Shown one piece after another: positions 45,269-55,537 of a DNA stretch of 64,000 nucleotides; the stretch's first letter is position 1; every line of letters starts with the position of its first letter. This DNA comes from an uncultured Pelagibacteraceae bacterium (GTDB lineage: Bacteria; Pseudomonadota; Alphaproteobacteria; Pelagibacterales; Pelagibacteraceae), in contig CACEKE010000001.1 of NCBI GenBank assembly GCA_902560075.1, positions 211,207 through 275,206 on the forward strand, in the 5' to 3' direction. Both the position numbers and the translations under genes were made by a program. The notes below the pieces were generated by a model that was given only the letters and a program-made list of their open reading frames with translations, was not told the origin of the DNA and ran no database searches.

Positions 45269-47621
45269 AATAAAATTAATTTTATATATTTTTTTATTAA
45301 TAATATTTAACAACTCATCAATATCTGATGAATTTAAAGTAAAATCAAATTCTATCAACGTGACTGATGAAGGAAATATACTAAATGCGATTGGTGATGT
45401 CGAGATTGAGTCAAATAATAATTTGATAATTACCAGTGAGCGATCAATTTTAAATAAAAAAAAATCTTTAGTAATTTCCTCAGGAAATGTTTTTTTGTTT
45501 GATAAAACAAATAATTTAAAAATTAAAGCAGATGAAATAAAATTCAGTAGAATAGAAAATAAAGCTGTAATAACTGGAAACTCAGAAATTATATTTGAGG
45601 ATAAATATACTTTAAGTTCGGATCAAGTAATTTATGACAAGAACATTAATTCAGTTTATTCAAATGACGAGTCTATACTTTTAGACAATAATTCTAATAA
45701 AATTGAATTCAGTAAATTTAATTTAGATCTCAATAAAAAAAAAGCAAAAGTATTTGAATTAAATTTAACGGATATAAATAAAAATAATTTTATTTTAAAA
45801 GAGGCTTTAGTAGACTTAAGAAATGGAGAGATAGCAGGTAAAGACTTAAAATTATTTTTTGATAAATCGATTTTAGGAAATGTAGAAAATGACCCTAGAA
45901 TTTTTGGAAATTCAGTAATTAGTAACAAAAATCAAACTATAGTAAATAAAGGAGTTTTCACTTCTTGTAAATTAAATGAAAAAGAGAAGTGTCCTCCATG
46001 GGAAATGAGAGCTGAAGAAATTAAACATGATAAAGAAAATAAAATTGTAGAATATAAAAATGCATACTTAAGAATATATGATAAACCTGTTTTATATTTT
46101 CCGTATTTTTTTCATCCTGACCCATCAGTCAAAAGACAATCCGGTTTTCTAATGCCTAAAATAAATAATTCTACATTTTTAGGAAGTTCATTGCAAATTC
46201 CCTATTATAAAGTTATTTCAGATAGTGAAGATGTTACAGTTTCACCTCGTATATTCTTTAATGATAAATTTTTGTTACAAAGTGAATATAGACAAGCATT
46301 TAAAAAATCTGACCTAATTTTAGATCATAGTATTAAGTTAGATAATGAAAATTCAGTGACACATTTATTTGGAAATTTTTTTTCAAAAAATAATGATAAT
46401 AAATTTGAGGTAAACTTTGAAACTGTTTCAAACCAGAGTTATTTTAAAAAATACGATATTTACTCAAATTTAGTGGACAACCATACTATATTAAACAGCT
46501 ACATAGATTTTGAGGAGAGCAATGAGAATAGCACTTTTCGATCATCATTTGAGGTTTTTGAAGACTTAACTTTATCAAGTTCAGATAGTTATGAATTTGT
46601 TTATCCAGCTTTTAACTATACTTCTAAATTAAACACAAATCTAAATGGAAATTTAAACTTAAATGTGACGGGGCATCAAAAAAAATATCAAACTAATAGA
46701 TATGACGGAATACTGGTAAACAACTTATCGTACAACTCTAATAAAAAAATAACGAAAAATGGCTTTGTTGACGACTTTAATTTAATTATTAAAAATGTGA
46801 ATACAAAAGGAGACAACTCCTCAGTATTAAAGGAGGATTATGATAATAAATTGCTTTCAGGAGTTATTATAAATAGAGAATATCCTTTAAAAAAAATCAA
46901 TGATGATACATTAAGTTATTTCACACCAAAAATTTCTGCAAGACTAAGCCCAACAGAAACAAAAAATATTTCAAATAAAAACAAAAGAGTAGATTTTATA
47001 AGTTTATTCAATACTGATAGACTAAATGAGAGTACAGTTTTAGAAGGTGGGGAGTCCTTAACTATTGGGGCTGATTACAAATTAAGCAAGGAGAATGTTC
47101 AAGTTTTTAGCCTTTCTGGAGGGCAGGTATTTCGTTTAAAAGAGGAGAAGGATATTCCCAAAACTAGCACAATAGGTAATAAAAGATCAGATATTATAGG
47201 AAACTTAAAATTTATACCATCAGATGCTTTTAGTCTAGATTACTCTTTTTCTATAAACAAAGATTTAAATGATTTGAACTATAATTATGCTGAAACCAAT
47301 TTTTTAATTAATAATTTTATGACATCATTTAAATATTTATCTGATAGCAACAGCATTGACAATAGAAGCTATATATCCAATACAACCAAATATTCATTTG
47401 ATAAAAATAATACGTTTGGCTTCACTACAAATAAAAATTTGGAAAGCAATTTGACTGAATATTATGATTTAGTTTACGAATACAAAAATGATTGTTTAAA
47501 AGCTTCAGTGGAGTATAAGAAAACTTTTTACGATGATGTTGATTTAGATCCAGATGAAAATATATTTTTCTCAATTACAATAATTCCTTTTGGCAGTTTA
47601 AACACACCAAATTTAAGATAA
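45258..47621 (+). CDS. lptD: LPS-assembly outer-membrane protein LptD (OstA)
   Basis: 787 aa with a signal peptide, an N-terminal OstA-like domain, the conserved block PWEMRAEEI...YFPYFFHPDPSVKRQSGFLMP and a large beta-barrel. Confidence 0.8.
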   Translation: MKNKIKLILYIFLLIIFNNSSISDEFKVKSNSINVTDEGNILNAIGDVEIESNNNLIITSERSILNKKKSLVISSGNVFLFDKTNNLKIKADEIKFSRIENKAVITGNSEIIFEDKYTLSSDQVIYDKNINSVYSNDESILLDNNSNKIEFSKFNLDLNKKKAKVFELNLTDINKNNFILKEALVDLRNGEIAGKDLKLFFDKSILGNVENDPRIFGNSVISNKNQTIVNKGVFTSCKLNEKEKCPPWEMRAEEIKHDKENKIVEYKNAYLRIYDKPVLYFPYFFHPDPSVKRQSGFLMPKINNSTFLGSSLQIPYYKVISDSEDVTVSPRIFFNDKFLLQSEYRQAFKKSDLILDHSIKLDNENSVTHLFGNFFSKNNDNKFEVNFETVSNQSYFKKYDIYSNLVDNHTILNSYIDFEESNENSTFRSSFEVFEDLTLSSSDSYEFVYPAFNYTSKLNTNLNGNLNLNVTGHQKKYQTNRYDGILVNNLSYNSNKKITKNGFVDDFNLIIKNVNTKGDNSSVLKEDYDNKLLSGVIINREYPLKKINDDTLSYFTPKISARLSPTETKNISNKNKRVDFISLFNTDRLNESTVLEGGESLTIGADYKLSKENVQVFSLSGGQVFRLKEEKDIPKTSTIGNKRSDIIGNLKFIPSDAFSLDYSFSINKDLNDLNYNYAETNFLINNFMTSFKYLSDSNSIDNRSYISNTTKYSFDKNNTFGFTTNKNLESNLTEYYDLVYEYKNDCLKASVEYKKTFYDDVDLDPDENIFFSITIIPFGSLNTPNLR

Positions 47622-47627
47622 AATAAT

Positions 47628-48560
47628 ATGCAAAAACTATTAATTTTATTTTCAGTAATAATTTTAAGTTATGTTAACTTCGTAAAAGCTAATGAAATAA
47701 AGATCCTTTACAAGTTGGAGAATGATATAATTACTAATCAAGATATAATTGATGAACTAAATTATTTAATATCTTTGAATAATAATTTAACATCTTTAGA
47801 AAAAGATAAACTCAATGAAATTGCAATCAGTTCTGTAATAAAAGAGAAAATAAAGTATTTAGAGTTAAAAAAATATTTTAAGATTAACGAAAATACAAAA
47901 GAAGTTGATGATATTGTTTTAAAGGAAGTAAATAAAAGACTCAGAATAAATGATTTGGAAAATATTAAAAAATATTTTTCATCATATAATTTAAGTTTAG
48001 ATCAGGTAAAATTTAAAATTAGAGTAGAGCTATTTTGGAATAAATTAATATACGATAGATACATTAATAAAATATCAATAAATAAAAAAGAATTGAAGAA
48101 TAAAGTATTGAATGATTTCAAAAATAAAGAGTTAATTGACGAATATTTTTTAAAAGAAATATTATTTAATCTTGAGGAAAATGAGAATTTAGAAAAAAAA
48201 TATATAGATATAAAAAATTCTATAAAAAGTACTGGATTTGAAAATGCAGCTAATATTTATAGTGTATCTAACACATCAAAATTTGGTGGAGAAATAGGTT
48301 GGGTTAATAAATTACAATTGTCAAAAAAAATAACTAATCAATTAGATAAAATTGAAATAGGCGGTCTCACCAACTATATACCAGCTGGTAATAATTATTT
48401 AATAATAAAATTAGATAATAAAAGGAAAATAAAATCTAAAATTAATTTAGATAACGAGATAGAGCTTTTAATTCAGAAAGAAACAGACAGACAATTAAAC
48501 CAATATTCGATTAACTTTTTTAATAAGTTAAAAAAAAATATTTTTATTTATGAATTATAA
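47628..48560 (+). CDS. surA: SurA-like periplasmic chaperone / PpiC-type PPIase
   Basis: 310 aa with a signal peptide, a SurA-N-like helical region and one parvulin-like segment (GGEIGWV). Its position lptD-surA-pdxA-rsmA is conserved. Confidence 0.65.
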   Translation: MQKLLILFSVIILSYVNFVKANEIKILYKLENDIITNQDIIDELNYLISLNNNLTSLEKDKLNEIAISSVIKEKIKYLELKKYFKINENTKEVDDIVLKEVNKRLRINDLENIKKYFSSYNLSLDQVKFKIRVELFWNKLIYDRYINKISINKKELKNKVLNDFKNKELIDEYFLKEILFNLEENENLEKKYIDIKNSIKSTGFENAANIYSVSNTSKFGGEIGWVNKLQLSKKITNQLDKIEIGGLTNYIPAGNNYLIIKLDNKRKIKSKINLDNEIELLIQKETDRQLNQYSINFFNKLKKNIFIYEL

Positions 48561-49521
48561 ACCTTTGTTAATAGTGCTAGGTGAGCCGAGAAGCGTATTT
48601 ATAGAGATTTTTTTAAAAGCTTATAAAAAATTAAGAAAAAAAATTAAAAGACCAATTATTCTTATTGGATCTGCAAAACTTTTAGAAAAACAGTTAAATT
48701 ATTTTAATTATAATTATAATATTAAAGAAATAATAGAGCAAAATATTAAATTAATAAAAAATAACAACAATATAAATTTAATTAATATTGATTTGGACGT
48801 AAAAAATCCGTTCCAAAAAATTTTTAAAAACTCTAATGTTTATATAGAAAGTTCATTTAACACAGCAATAAAATTGTTAAAAAAAAAAGAAGCTATTGGT
48901 CTATTAAATGGACCTATTAGCAAAAAAAAATTTTTAAAAAAAACTTTCTCTGGGATAACGGAATATTTAAAATACAAAACATCATCAAATAATGTAGCTA
49001 TGATAATATACAACAAACAATTAAGTGTAAGTCCAATTACTACGCATATACCTATTAAGTTTGTAAATAAAAAAATTACGAAAAAAACTATAAAAGATAA
49101 AATAAAGTTGATAAACAAATTTTATAACAAATTTTTAAAAAAAAATCCTAAAATTGCGGTTTTGGGGTTAAATCCTCATTGTGAAACAATAGACAGTTAC
49201 AGCGAGGAAGATAAAATAATTTTACCCTCAATTAAAAATTTAAAAAAAAATGGTATAAAAATTAGTGGACCATTTTCAGCGGATACTTTTTTTATTAGTC
49301 CAAATTATAAAAAATATGATCTAGTAATTGGAATGTATCACGACCAAGTATTAACTCCAATAAAATCAATATTCAAATTTAATGCAATAAACATAACTGC
49401 TGGTCTTCCTTTCATTAGAGTTTCCCCAGATCATGGGCCTAATGAAAAAATGATATCTAAAAATTTTTCTAACCCCACATCAATAATAAAATCGATCCTT
49501 TTTTTTGAAAGAAATCTGTGA
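48550..49521 (+). CDS. pdxA: 4-hydroxythreonine-4-phosphate dehydrogenase
   Basis: 323 aa with GLNPHCGE-like (GLNPHCET), MYHDQVL and SPDHGP motifs. Confidence 0.9.
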   Translation: MNYKPLLIVLGEPRSVFIEIFLKAYKKLRKKIKRPIILIGSAKLLEKQLNYFNYNYNIKEIIEQNIKLIKNNNNINLINIDLDVKNPFQKIFKNSNVYIESSFNTAIKLLKKKEAIGLLNGPISKKKFLKKTFSGITEYLKYKTSSNNVAMIIYNKQLSVSPITTHIPIKFVNKKITKKTIKDKIKLINKFYNKFLKKNPKIAVLGLNPHCETIDSYSEEDKIILPSIKNLKKNGIKISGPFSADTFFISPNYKKYDLVIGMYHDQVLTPIKSIFKFNAINITAGLPFIRVSPDHGPNEKMISKNFSNPTSIIKSILFFERNL

Positions 49522-50318
49522 AATTAAAACCAAAAAAAAGTTTAGGTCAAAATTTTTTAGTAGATGATAATGTTATAAATATAATAACTAATTTAGGAAA
49601 TATAAATAGTAACTCTACGATATTAGAAATTGGACCTGGCACAGGTAATTTAACAGAAAAATTAATTTTAAAGAGACCAAAAAAAATAATTTTAGTAGAA
49701 AAAGACAAAAATTTAAGTGAAAATTTAAAAAGAAAATTTAATGGAAAAGTGGAAGTAATAAATAATGATTTTCTAGATTTATCCATAGTTGACATAAAAT
49801 ACAAAAATTTGTCTATTTTTGGTAATCTTCCATATAATGTTGCTTCAGAAATATTGATTAAAATAATAAAAAGTAAAGAAAACTTTTATTACGAGAAAAT
49901 GGTATTTATGTTTCAAAAAGAAGTAGCTGAAAGAATAATTGCAAAACAAAATACTAAAAATTATAGTAGAATATCAATCATATCTCAGTGGAAGCTAAAC
50001 ATTAGAAAAATTAAAGATATAAGTCCAAATTGTTTCTATCCTAAACCTAAAGTTCAAAGTTCAATATTAGAATTTTTTCCAAAAAAAAATTATACAAAAT
50101 TTAACGAAATAGAAAATTTAGAATATATCTCAAAAATATTTTTTAGTTTTAGAAGGAAAATGATAAAAAAGCCTTTAAATATTCTTTTTAAAGATATAAA
50201 CAGAATTTCTGAAAAATTTCAAATTAATCTAAATGATAGACCACAAAGATTAAGTCCTGAAACTTATTATAAAATTTGCAGCGAATATGAAAATCAGCTC
50301 AATAAGATGTCAACGTGA
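49518..50318 (+). CDS. rsmA: 16S rRNA (adenine1518/1519-N6)-dimethyltransferase
   Basis: 266 aa with a GTG start overlapping the pdxA stop (GTGA). Motifs: KSLGQNFL, EIGPGTGNLT and GNLPYN. Confidence 0.9.
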   Translation: MKLKPKKSLGQNFLVDDNVINIITNLGNINSNSTILEIGPGTGNLTEKLILKRPKKIILVEKDKNLSENLKRKFNGKVEVINNDFLDLSIVDIKYKNLSIFGNLPYNVASEILIKIIKSKENFYYEKMVFMFQKEVAERIIAKQNTKNYSRISIISQWKLNIRKIKDISPNCFYPKPKVQSSILEFFPKKNYTKFNEIENLEYISKIFFSFRRKMIKKPLNILFKDINRISEKFQINLNDRPQRLSPETYYKICSEYENQLNKMST

Positions 50319-50926
50319 TTTTGAATTTTTTTGTTATCAAATTCAAAAAATTTATTATTTAGTACTTTTGTGATGATATCTTTTACTTCATTAAAACAAG
50401 TTTCTAAATCGTCATTTATAACTACAAAATCATAGTCTATCCAATGTTTCACATCAATTTCAAATTTTTTCATACGTTGATTAATTATCTTTTTATCGTT
50501 GTTTTCTCGTTCTGAAAGTCTATTTACTAAAGTTTTTTTTGATGGGGGTAGTATAAAAATAGAGATTAATTTGTAACTTAGGTTTTTTTCTTTTATTTGT
50601 TTAGTCCCTTGCCAATCAATGTCAAAAACAACGTTTTTACCTAGTTTTAAATTTTGAATAACTTTTTTTTTTGATGAGCCATAAAAATTACTAAATACTT
50701 CCGCGTACTCTAATAATTCATTTTTTCTAATTAGTTCGTTAAAATCTTTTGTATTAATAAAATAATAGTCTTTACCATTTTCCTCATTTAATCTGGGAAT
50801 TCTAGTTGTGTATGAAATTGATATTTCAAAATTTTCTATCGAACTAAGTTTTTTAACAAGTGTCGTTTTTCCTGCGCCTGACGGGGAAGATAATATAATA
50901 ATTGCTCCGTCATTTTCTGATGACAT
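50294..50926 (-). CDS. gmk: Guanylate kinase
   Basis: 210 aa with the P-loop SSPSGAGKTT and YTTR.PR. Confidence 0.9.
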   Translation of the reverse strand: MSSENDGAIIILSSPSGAGKTTLVKKLSSIENFEISISYTTRIPRLNEENGKDYYFINTKDFNELIRKNELLEYAEVFSNFYGSSKKKVIQNLKLGKNVVFDIDWQGTKQIKEKNLSYKLISIFILPPSKKTLVNRLSERENNDKKIINQRMKKFEIDVKHWIDYDFVVINDDLETCFNEVKDIITKVLNNKFFEFDNKKIQNHVDILLS

Positions 50927-50934
50927 GTAAAAAT

Positions 50935-51174
50935 TTAGTTTGCTTTGTTTTCTATAAATTTTATAGCATCACCAACTGTTAGAATTTTCTCAGCTTCACT
51001 ATCAGATATTTCTGAGCCAAACTCTTCTTCAAATGCCATTACAAGCTCAACAGTATCTAAACTATCTGCACCTAAGTCATCTATAAAGCTTGATTGTTCA
51101 TTAACTTTAGCTTCATCGATTCCTAAGTGGTCAGCAACTATTTTTTTTACTTTATTTGAAATTTCGTTAGACAT
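50935..51174 (-). CDS. acpP: Acyl carrier protein
   Basis: 79 aa with the phosphopantetheine site [13 protein letters not shown]. Confidence 0.95.
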   Translation of the reverse strand: MSNEISNKVKKIVADHLGIDEAKVNEQSSFIDDLGADSLDTVELVMAFEEEFGSEISDSEAEKILTVGDAIKFIENKAN

Positions 51175-51209
51175 AATAATTTATGTTATTAAATTATTAA
51201 TAAAGTTTG

Positions 51210-51944
51210 TCAAGCCATATACATACCACCATTAACATGAATTGTTTCTCCTGTTATATAAGAGGCTTCATCAGATGATAAAAATGCAACCGTATTTGAG
51301 ACATCCAAACCTGTGCCCAATTTGTTCATAGGAACTCTAGAAATTAAAACGCTTTTCATTTCCTCGGATATTTTGTCTGTCATTTTTGTTTGGATAAAAC
51401 CTGGTGATACACAATTTATAGTTATATTTTTTTTTGCGTACTCAATTGCTAGACTTTTAGACATTCCAATTATACCTGCTTTTGAAGCAGAATAATTTGA
51501 TTGACCCAAGTTTCCTGTATGACCAACAATGGAAGTAATATTTACAATTTTACCGTATTTATTTTTTAACATTTTTTTTATTGCATATTTACATAAGTAA
51601 AACGTTGAGCTTAGATTAATATTGATAACTTTCTCCCATTCATCCTTTTTCATTCTAAGAGATAAATTATCAATTGTGATACCAGCATTATTTATCAATA
51701 TATCTAAACCGTCTAGTTCAGATGAAACTTTATCAATTAGATTTTCAATTTCATCATGTTTAGATATGTCAAATTTTAAAGTTTTAATTTTTGAATATTT
51801 TTTTTTTAAATCATTAAGCTTATCCTCATTAGTGCCTGTTGCTAATATAGATCCTCCCAATAAATTAAATTTATCAACTAAAGAATATCCAATACCTCCA
51901 GTTGCACCAGTAATTAAGATTTTTTTATTTTTAAAATCAATCAT
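51210..51944 (-). CDS. fabG: 3-oxoacyl-ACP reductase
   Basis: 244 aa SDR with TGATGGIG, NNAG and YSASK. Confidence 0.95.
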   Translation of the reverse strand: MIDFKNKKILITGATGGIGYSLVDKFNLLGGSILATGTNEDKLNDLKKKYSKIKTLKFDISKHDEIENLIDKVSSELDGLDILINNAGITIDNLSLRMKKDEWEKVININLSSTFYLCKYAIKKMLKNKYGKIVNITSIVGHTGNLGQSNYSASKAGIIGMSKSLAIEYAKKNITINCVSPGFIQTKMTDKISEEMKSVLISRVPMNKLGTGLDVSNTVAFLSSDEASYITGETIHVNGGMYMA

Positions 51945-52870
51945 GAAATTTTTATTTTACTAATATCTTCTTCATTATTAATTGCACTTACTTTTACTTT
52001 TTTGTCAATTCTTTTTACTAACCCTGATAATACCTTACCAGGTCCAATTTCAATAAAATTATTAACACCATTTTTTATCATATAATTAATGCTTTCTCTC
52101 CATCTCACTCTACTTTCTATTTGACGAACCAGTAATTCACGAATAAGTGAGCTATCTTCAACTTCCTTTGCTGTAACATTTGAAATTAAAGTTGTTTCAA
52201 AATTTTTAAATATTACTTTTGCCAATTCATTTCTCATTAATTCTGTAGCACTTTTCATTAATTCACAATGAAAAGGTGCGCTAACACTTAATTTAATATT
52301 TTTAATATTTATAGAATTTAAATATGCAGATAGTTTTTCAATATTATTCTTAGTTCCACTTAATACTATTTGACCATTTGAATTATCATTTGCAATAAAA
52401 CATTTAAACTCATTTTTTTTTTTCTCAATTATATCCTCTAATATTTCTAATCCTGATCCAAGAACTGCTAACATGCCACCTTCTCCACTTGGAACCGCCT
52501 CTTGCATCGCTTTTCCTCTTAATTTTAAAATTTTAATTGTATTTTCAAAACTTATTACCCCGGAACAAGTGAGAGCAGAATACTCACCTAATGAGTGTCC
52601 TGCAAAATATTTAGCCTTGTTCAAATTAATTTTAAATTCATCTTTTAGTACTTGAAAAATTGAATAACTAATTAAGAAAATTGCTGGTTGAGTATTCTCT
52701 GTTAAATTTAATTTATCAGAAGGACCTTCAAGTATAATTTTTGATAATTTATAATTTAATAGATCGTCAGCTTTTTTAAAATTTATTTTGAATATCTCAA
52801 ATTTATTATACAATTCATTAGCCATCCCCACGCTTTGAGAGCCTTGACCAGGAAAAATAACTGAAAACAT
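51941..52870 (-). CDS. fabD: Malonyl-CoA:ACP transacylase
   Basis: 309 aa with FPGQGSQ and GHSLGEYSAL. Confidence 0.95.
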   Translation of the reverse strand: MFSVIFPGQGSQSVGMANELYNKFEIFKINFKKADDLLNYKLSKIILEGPSDKLNLTENTQPAIFLISYSIFQVLKDEFKINLNKAKYFAGHSLGEYSALTCSGVISFENTIKILKLRGKAMQEAVPSGEGGMLAVLGSGLEILEDIIEKKKNEFKCFIANDNSNGQIVLSGTKNNIEKLSAYLNSINIKNIKLSVSAPFHCELMKSATELMRNELAKVIFKNFETTLISNVTAKEVEDSSLIRELLVRQIESRVRWRESINYMIKNGVNNFIEIGPGKVLSGLVKRIDKKVKVSAINNEEDISKIKIS

Positions 52871-52958
52871 TTAAAATAATCTCAATTTTTATATATTTTT
52901 AAGTATTGTAATTAAAGAGTTATAATAGTATATCCTCACTTTTTATAAAAGAACTAAT

Positions 52959-53315
52959 ATGAATTTATACGAACATACTATCGTTGCTAGACAAGACACA
53001 ACACAAAATCAAATTAATCAGTTAAAAGAGAAATACACAAAAATTATAGAGAAATTTGATGGTAATATTGTAAAAACAGAGGACTGGGGTTTAATGCAAT
53101 TGTCATATATTATTAAAAATAATAAAAAAGGAAACTTTATACATTTTAAGCTAGAAGGGCACGGCAAAATGATTAATGAGCTAGAGAAGAATGAAAAAAT
53201 TGACAAAAATTTACTAAGATATTTAACTGTAAAGGTTAAAAAATTTAACCTTGAAGAGAATTTTTTTAATAAAACAGAAAAACAAGACTCACTGAATAAC
53301 GATGAAAAAAAATAG
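52959..53315 (+). CDS. rpsF: 30S ribosomal protein S6
   Basis: 118 aa with the N-terminus [13 protein letters not shown]. It lies upstream of rpsR-rplI. Confidence 0.9.
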   Translation: MNLYEHTIVARQDTTQNQINQLKEKYTKIIEKFDGNIVKTEDWGLMQLSYIIKNNKKGNFIHFKLEGHGKMINELEKNEKIDKNLLRYLTVKVKKFNLEENFFNKTEKQDSLNNDEKK

Positions 53316-53565
53316 AAAAAAACAGTCTCAGAGTAATTTCTCAAAACTAAGTATTTTTCAACCAAATAAATTTAAGTTTAAAAAAAAATGTCCATTATCT
53401 GGAAAAGGAGCTCCAAAAATAGATTACAAAAATATTAGGTTGTTAAAAAAATATGTCACTGAAAATGGCAAAATTCTTCCATCAAGAATAACATCAGTAT
53501 CTCAAAAAAAACAAAGAGAATTATCAACATCCATAAAAAGAGCTAGAAATTTAGGTTTGATATAA
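53302..53565 (+). CDS. rpsR: 30S ribosomal protein S18
   Basis: 87 aa with [25 protein letters not shown]. It overlaps rpsF by 14 nt. Confidence 0.9.
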   Translation: MKKNRKKQSQSNFSKLSIFQPNKFKFKKKCPLSGKGAPKIDYKNIRLLKKYVTENGKILPSRITSVSQKKQRELSTSIKRARNLGLI

Positions 53566-54023
53566 TGAAGGTTATACTTTTAGAAAATATTGGAAAAATA
53601 GGCTCCATAGGTGAAGTAATTGATGTTAAAAGAGGTTATGCTAGAAACTTCCTTATATCTCAAAAAAAAGCACTATTTGCTTCGAAAAAAAATATAGAGG
53701 AAGTAGATAAAATAAAAAAAGAATTAGGAAAAAAAGACTTAGAGAGAAAGAAGTTAGCTAAAGAAATATCAGATAAAATACAAAATAAGACTTTTGATAT
53801 AAAAAAACTTAGCACTGAAAATAAAGAATTATACGGTTCTGTAAAGCCTACAGAAATTTCAAACTTAATTATGTCTAAAGAGAATTTAGAAATTAAATCC
53901 TCATTGATACAACCTGCTAAAGAAATAAAGTCCTTAGGTAAATTTAAAGTTACAGTGACTCTACATTCAGAAGTACAATTTTCTATATTTATTAATGTAA
54001 TTCCTGAGGAAGAAAAAGCTTAA
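53565..54023 (+). CDS. rplI: 50S ribosomal protein L9
   Basis: 152 aa with [30 protein letters not shown]. Confidence 0.9.
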   Translation: MKVILLENIGKIGSIGEVIDVKRGYARNFLISQKKALFASKKNIEEVDKIKKELGKKDLERKKLAKEISDKIQNKTFDIKKLSTENKELYGSVKPTEISNLIMSKENLEIKSSLIQPAKEIKSLGKFKVTVTLHSEVQFSIFINVIPEEEKA

Positions 54024-54047
54024 CTTATACATTTTTTTCCCCAAGTT

Positions 54048-54075
54048 TTATTAACACTTGATGCTGTGTTAATAA
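54048..54075 (+). terminator. AT-rich 10-bp inverted repeat between rplI and dnaB (weak terminator or regulatory hairpin)
   Basis: TTATTAACAC (54048-54057) and GTGTTAATAA (54066-54075) are exact reverse complements with an 8-nt loop, followed by a T-rich stretch. The stem is weak and AT-rich. Confidence 0.3.
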
Positions 54076-54095
54076 TTTAATATCTTTATTTAATA

Positions 54096-55514
54096 ATGGC
54101 AAAACTAGATTTAGTAAAAGATAAAGTTGAAGAGTTGCCTAATAATATTGAAGCAGAACAATCAATAATTGGATCAATACTAATTTCAAACGAAATATTT
54201 GATGAAATAAGTAATTACGTAGAGTCAAAAAATTTTTATGATCCAATGCATCAAAGAATATTTAGTGCTATAGAAAAACTAATATTTAGTGGCATGTTAG
54301 CCAATCCGATAACTTTAAAAAATTATTTTGAAAATGATGAGGACAAAATTAATATACCTGAATATTTAGTTAAAATAACAAAATTTTCTACATCAAACAG
54401 ACAGGCAATTGAATATTCAAAAATTGTTTATGATTTATATGTAAAGAGAGAACTTATAAAACTTTCTGAGGAAATAATTGATAGCGCTAAATTAAATGAT
54501 ATCGACAAAAATAGCCAAACTATAATAGAAAATTCTGAAAAATCTTTATTTGATCTTGCGGAAAAAGGATCTTTCTCAAATAAAATCGTTAAATTTGATA
54601 AGGCTTTAAAATTAACAATTGATATGGCTACCACGGCATATAAAAATGATGAGGGAATTGTAGGTGTCCCTACAGGATTAAGAGACTTGGATGAAAAACT
54701 TGGAGGCCTACATAAGTCTGATTTATTAATTATTGCTGGAAGACCTTCGATGGGTAAAACAGCATTAGCAACAAATATTGCATTTAATGCAGCAAAGAAA
54801 TTTCAACAAGATGGAAAAAAAAAAGCATCAGTAGCATTTTTTTCGCTTGAAATGTCTGCTGAACAACTTTCTACTAGAATATTAGCTGAACAATCTAGAA
54901 TAAAATCTAATGATATTAGAAGAGGTAGAATTTCGGAGGATCAATTTGATAAATTTATTGAAAGCTCAAAGGACAATTCAGAACTTCCATTATATATTGA
55001 TGAAACTCCAGCAATAAGTATTGCTGCTTTAAGCAATAGAGCAAGAAGAATGAAAAGAATTAATGGATTAGATTTAATTGTAGTTGACTATATTCAGTTG
55101 ATGACTGCTGTAAACTCAAGACGTGATGGAAGAGTTCAAGAAATTTCGGAAATCACACAAGGCTTGAAGGCTTTAGCAAAAGAATTATCAGTTCCAGTGT
55201 TAGCATTATCACAACTTTCAAGAGCTGTTGAACAAAGAGATAATAATAAACCTTTATTAGCAGATCTAAGAGAGTCTGGGTCAATTGAGCAAGATGCTGA
55301 CGTAGTTATGTTTGTTTATAGGGAAGCATATTACTTAGAGAGAAAAGAACCAAGACCTGCTACAGTTGAATATGCCGAATGGCAGGCAAAAATGAGTGAA
55401 GTCTCAAATATGGCTGAAATAATTGTAGGAAAACAAAGGCACGGCCCAACTGGTAACGTATTTCTTGAATTTGAGCCACACTTTACAAAATTTAAAGATA
55501 TTCAAAATAATTAA
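54096..55514 (+). CDS. dnaB: Replicative DNA helicase
   Basis: 472 aa with the N-terminal EAEQSIIGSIL, Walker A GRPSMGKTA and SQLSRAVEQR. Confidence 0.95.
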   Translation: MAKLDLVKDKVEELPNNIEAEQSIIGSILISNEIFDEISNYVESKNFYDPMHQRIFSAIEKLIFSGMLANPITLKNYFENDEDKINIPEYLVKITKFSTSNRQAIEYSKIVYDLYVKRELIKLSEEIIDSAKLNDIDKNSQTIIENSEKSLFDLAEKGSFSNKIVKFDKALKLTIDMATTAYKNDEGIVGVPTGLRDLDEKLGGLHKSDLLIIAGRPSMGKTALATNIAFNAAKKFQQDGKKKASVAFFSLEMSAEQLSTRILAEQSRIKSNDIRRGRISEDQFDKFIESSKDNSELPLYIDETPAISIAALSNRARRMKRINGLDLIVVDYIQLMTAVNSRRDGRVQEISEITQGLKALAKELSVPVLALSQLSRAVEQRDNNKPLLADLRESGSIEQDADVVMFVYREAYYLERKEPRPATVEYAEWQAKMSEVSNMAEIIVGKQRHGPTGNVFLEFEPHFTKFKDIQNN

Positions 55515-55537
55515 TTTTAATTATATAAGCTAATTTA